A stretch of DNA of 64,000 nt from a virus (Duplodnaviria; Heunggongvirae; Uroviricota; Caudoviricetes), in the IMG/VR virus record IMGVR_UViG_3300032312_001770, positions 64,001-128,000 of that record; one strand, written 5' to 3'. This document shows, one piece after another, positions 58,625 to 64,000 of the stretch. The notes beneath the pieces are model-generated. The model did not search any database. It was given only the letters and a program-made list of their open reading frames with translations, and was not told where the DNA came from. A program made the position numbers and the translations under genes. Positions within the stretch are counted from its first letter, which is position 1. Every line of letters starts with the position of its first letter.

Positions 58625-59413
58625 TTATTGCTCCTTGATCAAATCACCTGGCTGATTCTTCTCTGAATCACGGAATGTAGCAAACTTTTGAATAACTGGC
58701 GTTTCTATATCATCCAAAACTTCTTTTTGATTAATAGTGAATTTACTTTTTAATCTACTAATAATTTCAACAATTCCATGCTTAGTAATAATAGTACCGA
58801 TACCAACAGCTAATCCTAAGAAGTTTTGAGGAAGAGTTTCTAAATTTAACTCATACTTGTCAATTATAGCCATAACACCATTTAACAAAGGAATTAAAAG
58901 AGATGTATAAGCAAACATATCAATAACACCACCTATAACAGCTCCAATATGTTTACCAATAATTGAAAAAATGTTTTTAATTGACTGAAGACCTTTTATT
59001 AACTTTTTAACTATACCATTACCAAAACCCCTCATCTTTAATTCTTCTAACATAGATTTAGAATCTTTTGTTAAACTTTCTTCCTCTTCAACAGATTTAC
59101 ATTTCTTTTCTTCAAGATATGTTATAGCAACAGAAGAAAGTGTAAGCAAGACAACAGATTCAGTATTAAGATTAAATGAATCTATATTCATATTTTTCAT
59201 CAATCCATAAACAACAGGATAAAGAGCGCCAATACCAGCACCAAATGTAGAAACTAAACCAACGTTTAGTTTTAAATCAGAAATAACTTTTTTAGCCACT
59301 CTTTTATAAGAATCTCCACCATCAGATTCTACAATCATCTTATCAAATGAATTTAAGAATTCATTTACCATTTCATTTTGTAAGTTATAATCGTTAAATC
59401 TTTTAATGTTCAT
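58625..59413 (-). CDS. Putative head-packaged protein with hydrophobic Gly-rich helices
   Basis: MNIKRFNDY start; FGAGIGALYPVV, IGAVIGGVI and LGLAVGIGTII segments. Confidence 0.55.
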   Translation of the reverse strand: MNIKRFNDYNLQNEMVNEFLNSFDKMIVESDGGDSYKRVAKKVISDLKLNVGLVSTFGAGIGALYPVVYGLMKNMNIDSFNLNTESVVLLTLSSVAITYLEEKKCKSVEEEESLTKDSKSMLEELKMRGFGNGIVKKLIKGLQSIKNIFSIIGKHIGAVIGGVIDMFAYTSLLIPLLNGVMAIIDKYELNLETLPQNFLGLAVGIGTIITKHGIVEIISRLKSKFTINQKEVLDDIETPVIQKFATFRDSEKNQPGDLIKEQ

Positions 59414-59541
59414 ACTAGGTATATATTATTTATTTACCATCATTTTTATTAAAGTTTGAAAATATTTAGTAAAAGCTTTAAAAATGTGATAATTGGTGTT
59501 TTACATTTAATATATATGTTATAAAAAATTATTGTGCTAAA

Positions 59542-60054
59542 ATGAAATACTTAAAAAAATTCGAAAACTTTGACCTCGGTAGATTTTCTGACGAGGAAGA
59601 AAACAAAAACTTCATGAATCAACCAGACGAAAACGAACAAGCTTTCGATCAAGAAGAAGAAATATTCAACTCTGAAGACCAAGAAGATGAGTTAGAAGAA
59701 TCTGAAGAAGAAGATACTTACGAAGATGAGAGAGAAGAAGAAAGAGGAAGAGTTTGGGGTGATGAAGTAGTTGAAAGAAAGAAAATCAACGCAGGTTTCC
59801 AAGCTTACTTAGATAAAAAGGCTGGTAAAAAAACTGATAAAAAAGAAGACAAAGAAGAAAAAGGTGGTAAAAAAGCTAAACCTGATTTTTTAGACTTAGA
59901 CAAAGACGGTAATAAAAAAGAATCTATGAAAAAAGCGGCTAAAGACGCTAAAGAAGATAAAAAAGATGACAAAAAGGAAACTAAAGGTTTATCTAAAGCA
60001 CAATCTAAATTACCTGAAGGATTAAGAAAAGCAATTGAAGCAAAAAAGAAATAA
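59542..60054 (+). CDS. Acidic/basic low-complexity head or scaffold-like protein
   Basis: MKYLKKFENF start; acidic N-half and Lys-rich C-half with KPDFLDLDKDGNKKESMKKA. Confidence 0.6.
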   Translation: MKYLKKFENFDLGRFSDEEENKNFMNQPDENEQAFDQEEEIFNSEDQEDELEESEEEDTYEDEREEERGRVWGDEVVERKKINAGFQAYLDKKAGKKTDKKEDKEEKGGKKAKPDFLDLDKDGNKKESMKKAAKDAKEDKKDDKKETKGLSKAQSKLPEGLRKAIEAKKK

Positions 60055-60073
60055 TTTTTAACTAATATAAAAC

Positions 60074-60102
60074 AAAACCCACTCAAATGAGTGGGTTTTT
60101 TT
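60074..60102. terminator. Bidirectional terminator (CCCAC family)
   Basis: aaaacccactc-aaat-gagtgggttttttt at a convergent junction. Confidence 0.85.
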
Positions 60103-61768
60103 ATGCGTTAATGTTAACGTTTATCTTTTTAATAGCCTCTTGAATCCAATCCGGTATAAAGTGTGAACTATGTTTAATAACATCACCAAATCCACCATCA
60201 ATAATAATTGTATCAGCATAATCAATATTAGAACGAACCGGTCTACCAGTCATCTGTATTAATCCTGATACTGTTTTCCAAGAATACCAATCAGGATTAT
60301 TTGATTGTCTTAACTTATTCTTTTGAGAACCTAAAGATGGGTAAGGAACTTTAGCAATGATTTGAAATCTAGCATCATCATTATCAAATGAAACTCCGGT
60401 ATCCATAGATGGACTAACAATAACAGTTGGTTCAGGTGACTCTTTATGAAACTTCAACATCTCATCTTTATTAGTAGAGTCGTGAAATATCAATCTAGGA
60501 TCTTTAATAGCGCCTTCAATCCACTTAGCTAATTCAAATGAGTTAGTATGAATAATACCTTTTTTGTTCTTATACTTATCAAGTAACTTTTTAATATAAG
60601 GAACATACTTCTTAAAGGTTTCTTCTTTAGACTTATAAGACATCTTACCTAAAGGCATATAAAAGATAGGTCTATTCTTAGGATTAAATGGAGAACGAAT
60701 TGAATAATAAACAGCTTTACCAACATCCAGACCATTTAATTGACAGAATAAACTTTTATCTAAAATAGTACCAGACATTAAAACAACCATATCATAATTA
60801 CTAAAAACATATTTATCTAAGTAATCATAAGCCCAAATAGGCTCTAATGATAACTCTTTTTGTTTTACTTTCTCATTGTAATAAGATTCTAAAACCCAAT
60901 TATTAGGATTCTCTTTATATTCTTTTAAGAAAATTTCAATCTTCAATTGTAACTGTCTTAAATCTGTAGCCAATTGCATCAACTTAACATCAGAGTTTTT
61001 TCCACCAATAACTTTATTGATTTTCAAATCTCTTTTATCTTGTTTAACATTTCTTGGAGCAGATGACATACCTTTCTCCATAGACTCAAGTGTTGATAAA
61101 ACTTCACCGTTAAGATATTTTAAGAAGTCAACATATTGTGTAATTGTAGCAACACTCTTTAATTGTTTCATAATAGAATACTCATCAGAGAATTTAAATC
61201 TTTTGACCATAGTTTCTGTTATCTTAATAGTGATAAAGTCCGACATAACATCATCAAACTCATGAGCTTCGTCAACAATAAGAACTCTTGAATCTCTACT
61301 TTCTAATAACTTAGGATTATAGATAGCATAAAGAATATACAAGTAGAAATTAGTAAGTGACATATTACCACTGATGAAAGATTCTTTGGCATAAGTATAA
61401 GGACAAGCCTCACAAGATGTTTTATTTAAACGGTTAAACTCAGCACCTTGAGCACAAGAACAAGAATATTGTTCACACTCATAGTTGTCTTTGCCTTTTA
61501 AATCAGAGATAGATTCGTACTCATTTGAGTATTGGTCTTGAAGAAGTTTACTATTAGTGATAATATCAACTTTTGCCATTTTATTGACATTCTTTTTATA
61601 CCAATCAGCAATCATTAGAGCTAAGTGTGATTTTCCAGAACCAACCGGAAGATTAAGTAAGAAAAATTTATTTAATTTATTCTTTTGATATTCTGACTCG
61701 ATAAAGTTGAGTGCTTCTTTTTGTTCCTTTCGAGGTTTATATTTAGCTAAATCTGTTTTTAATGACAT
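60101..61768 (-). CDS. DinG/XPD-like SF2 helicase
   Basis: PVGSGKS, LKGKDNY.C, IVDEAH, MSGT, HTNS, GVSF, KVPYP and QMTGRPVRS motifs. Confidence 0.88.
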   Translation of the reverse strand: MSLKTDLAKYKPRKEQKEALNFIESEYQKNKLNKFFLLNLPVGSGKSHLALMIADWYKKNVNKMAKVDIITNSKLLQDQYSNEYESISDLKGKDNYECEQYSCSCAQGAEFNRLNKTSCEACPYTYAKESFISGNMSLTNFYLYILYAIYNPKLLESRDSRVLIVDEAHEFDDVMSDFITIKITETMVKRFKFSDEYSIMKQLKSVATITQYVDFLKYLNGEVLSTLESMEKGMSSAPRNVKQDKRDLKINKVIGGKNSDVKLMQLATDLRQLQLKIEIFLKEYKENPNNWVLESYYNEKVKQKELSLEPIWAYDYLDKYVFSNYDMVVLMSGTILDKSLFCQLNGLDVGKAVYYSIRSPFNPKNRPIFYMPLGKMSYKSKEETFKKYVPYIKKLLDKYKNKKGIIHTNSFELAKWIEGAIKDPRLIFHDSTNKDEMLKFHKESPEPTVIVSPSMDTGVSFDNDDARFQIIAKVPYPSLGSQKNKLRQSNNPDWYSWKTVSGLIQMTGRPVRSNIDYADTIIIDGGFGDVIKHSSHFIPDWIQEAIKKINVNINA

Positions 61769-61877
61769 ACTTTATGATCTTTTTGTAAAAATTATATACT
61801 TTTTTTAGAAAATGTTTGAAAAAATAGATTTTTAGGCGATTTTTAGTAATATATAGAATAAATTACCTTCCTTTATT

Positions 61878-62063
61878 ATGCTACTAATACCAGACTACGA
61901 TGAATTTAACATCTATACATCAGTTGATGATATAGAAATTTATGTACATCAACTTTTTTCGCAAGGATATGAGTTGAAAGAAGAAATATATACATTATGT
62001 CTTAAACACTTTGGAAAAGAGTTTCAAGATATTATAGATATATTTTTTGAATATGAAGATTAA
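61878..62063 (+). CDS. Hypothetical acidic protein
   Basis: 61 aa, following an AATATATA motif. Confidence 0.5.
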   Translation: MLLIPDYDEFNIYTSVDDIEIYVHQLFSQGYELKEEIYTLCLKHFGKEFQDIIDIFFEYED

Positions 62064-62700
62064 AAACTACAATGAATTTGCAAGCGAGAATGTACTTTAC
62101 ATTTTTGACTTTGATGATACGCTTGTGAATTCACCAAGCTTTGATGAACTAGCAATTAATTATCTAGAGGAAGATATAACAATCAAAGACTTATTAAATC
62201 AATCTATAAATAGGGTTGGTGTCACATTAGACGACTTGAAATGGCAGGATGGTAGAATATATGTACTTGATCCAAATAAAGAGCTTAAAGAGTTCGGTAA
62301 CTGGGTTAGAAAAGGAGATAGATTATATATGTTTACTCCAAATGCTTTTCACTTATCAGATTTAAGTTTACCAAGTACATTAAAAGAACTTTCACAGTTA
62401 TATAAATCAGTCGAGAATAAATGTATAGTAACAGCTAGAGAAGAATCTCTAAGAAATAAAATAACTAAAACATTATTGGATTTAGGATTAGAACTACCTA
62501 AATATGGCTTACATATGGCACCAGTAGGAACTAAAAATTCTGGTCATTGGAAAGGCGAAAGAATAGTTGAAATAATAAATGAAACAGGATTTCAAAAAGC
62601 TATATTCTATGACGATAATATTAAGTACATTAAAAGAGCCACTAAAGTAGTTAAAGAAAAGCTACCAAATTTAGACTTTAAAACATTTAAAGTTTTATAA
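62047..62700 (+). CDS. HAD-superfamily phosphatase with a capsid-targeting-like N-terminus
   Basis: FDFDDTL, VTAR, K, FYDD; start MKIKNYNEFASE. Confidence 0.8.
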   Translation: MNMKIKNYNEFASENVLYIFDFDDTLVNSPSFDELAINYLEEDITIKDLLNQSINRVGVTLDDLKWQDGRIYVLDPNKELKEFGNWVRKGDRLYMFTPNAFHLSDLSLPSTLKELSQLYKSVENKCIVTAREESLRNKITKTLLDLGLELPKYGLHMAPVGTKNSGHWKGERIVEIINETGFQKAIFYDDNIKYIKRATKVVKEKLPNLDFKTFKVL

Positions 62701-64000
62701 CTCTGCTTCTAGCTGTTTGATTTCATCAAGAACTTTTTTAAGTTCTTCTTTCTTATCCATCATTACTTTTTTAGCTTTCTTTCTATCAGCATAGACATCT
62801 TCAAGCATATTCAAAGTTGGCGATATTCTTTTTTCAAATACAACACCATTGATACAAAGAACGTGTTTATCAGGATCAATAGGTCTACCATTTGTACACT
62901 TAGATTTATCTTTTTCATCTTGAAGACCAATGAATGTTTCAGGAGCAATAAAGAACTGTCTTTGAGTTGTTGGATAAAGCGAAGCAAAGTCATAAGTAAC
63001 ACACCACTGATTCATACCAACCACAGGATCTTTTACCCAACCACCAGCAATTGTAGAATCAGCATCACCTTTTTCATCTCGAAAAAGTACAATATTATCC
63101 ATCTTACGGAATCTATTTCTTAAAACACCTTCCGTAATAGCCAAAGAGCCTAACGCATTGTTCATTTGAGAAACAACGTCAATAATTCTAATTTGAGCTA
63201 ATGATGAAATCGCATAAATAATTGAGATATAGTTACGAGCTTCATGAATCTTTTGCACTAGAACCGAATCGACCGCGTTATAATACATAAATGTTTCAAA
63301 GTCGTCTTCATATAATTTCTGTAAAGATCCATTGTACTTAATCTTTTCAACACCAACAAGTTTATTAGCAACAAAGTCTAATGATGATGATTCTTTTACC
63401 TTAATAGAAGTATCACAGATTTCATAAAGTTGCATGTAATCAAAAATCATTCTATGTGCTGGAACTTCAAATTCAGTTGACCAAATCTTATTCATTCTTT
63501 TTGTTAAAGATGAGACAGCAGGATCGATTCTGTATTCTTTACCATTAGCCCATTTAGAAATCTTTCTAGAACGATTTACTAAATACAACCAGTCATATTG
63601 TAAAAAGTTCCAACCAGTAAGAATAGGCATCTTGGGAATCATCTTATAGAAGAAAGCATAAAGCATATCAAACTCATCATCATACTGAATATATTTGAAT
63701 TTGTATTCTGTACCGAACTTCTTAAAATACTTATTAGTATTATTGATAATTCTTTCTTGCATATCTTCAGGCATTTCTTTCAAACCCAAAAGAATAATTT
63801 TATCATCATAAACAATAGAGATAGAAAGAACTTGAGTTGAAGCACCTTCTTTTGTTACATTACCATCTTGGTCTTTAATATCAGCCGCTTCAGGAAAACC
63901 ATCAACGATTTCCGTTTCAATATCTATAAAGTAAATCTTAGGTAGATTAAATTCAAAGATTTCATTTTTTTCTGATTCGGGCAAACTGTCTAAGAACTCA
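62695..64000 (-). CDS. polB: Family B DNA polymerase, N-terminal subunit (exonuclease + motif A) of a split enzyme; 5' end outside the window
   Basis: ExoI IDIET, ExoII GWNFLQYD, ExoIII YNAVD, motif A YDFASLYP; stop follows the first finger helix. The frame is open to the window edge. Confidence 0.9.
   Translation of the reverse strand, partial: EFLDSLPESEKNEIFEFNLPKIYFIDIETEIVDGFPEAADIKDQDGNVTKEGASTQVLSISIVYDDKIILLGLKEMPEDMQERIINNTNKYFKKFGTEYKFKYIQYDDEFDMLYAFFYKMIPKMPILTGWNFLQYDWLYLVNRSRKISKWANGKEYRIDPAVSSLTKRMNKIWSTEFEVPAHRMIFDYMQLYEICDTSIKVKESSSLDFVANKLVGVEKIKYNGSLQKLYEDDFETFMYYNAVDSVLVQKIHEARNYISIIYAISSLAQIRIIDVVSQMNNALGSLAITEGVLRNRFRKMDNIVLFRDEKGDADSTIAGGWVKDPVVGMNQWCVTYDFASLYPTTQRQFFIAPETFIGLQDEKDKSKCTNGRPIDPDKHVLCINGVVFEKRISPTLNMLEDVYADRKKAKKVMMDKKEELKKVLDEIKQLEAEL

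Noticed and set aside
2740-63123. Short overlapping or antisense ORFs in the track (e.g. 2740, 4998, 6888, 7226, 8756, 14453, 14469, 15636, 25278, 25968, 26934, 27859, 29076, 29389, 31052, 35225, 35814, 44708, 46520, 48366, 48951, 50880, 57036, 58048, 58128, 59805, 61017, 62811, 62863)
   Set aside because: They lie wholly or mostly within longer, motif-bearing genes and have no recognisable motifs, so they are treated as shadow ORFs.
1-64000. Stop-codon reassignment (alternative genetic code), as seen in some jumbo phages
   Set aside because: Long conserved genes (nrdA, helicases, uvsX, the 2317-aa gene) are uninterrupted in the standard code and coding density is high.

Overview
This is a 64-kb, very AT-rich segment of a large T4-like (jumbo) phage genome, cut at both ends. 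It encodes a UvsX recombinase, a gp41/DnaB helicase, the N-terminal half of a split family-B DNA polymerase, NrdA, PhoH, a DinG-like helicase, a RuvC-like resolvase, a DNA methyltransferase, a gp26-like baseplate protein and several large virion or fibre proteins. At least eight TAnnTTTG promoter elements, short leaders and an Hc1-type small protein point to a Bacteroidota host. The best candidates for undescribed biology are: (1) a Ro60/TROVE gene preceded by a separately terminated array of related structured ncRNA units; (2) a tRNA-Cys-shaped cloverleaf with non-canonical loops, directly upstream of a nucleotidyltransferase, ligase and NUDIX gene run; (3) two recurrent short protein tags, a T4-like capsid-targeting N-terminus on about 20 proteins and an R-x-x-K-[IL]-x-x-[IL] motif on about 13 small proteins; (4) mini-proteins built from fragments of the major capsid protein and of PolB motif B; (5) a HigA-N/MazG fusion and a GreA lacking one catalytic acid. 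All family assignments come from motif recognition by eye; no database searches were run.
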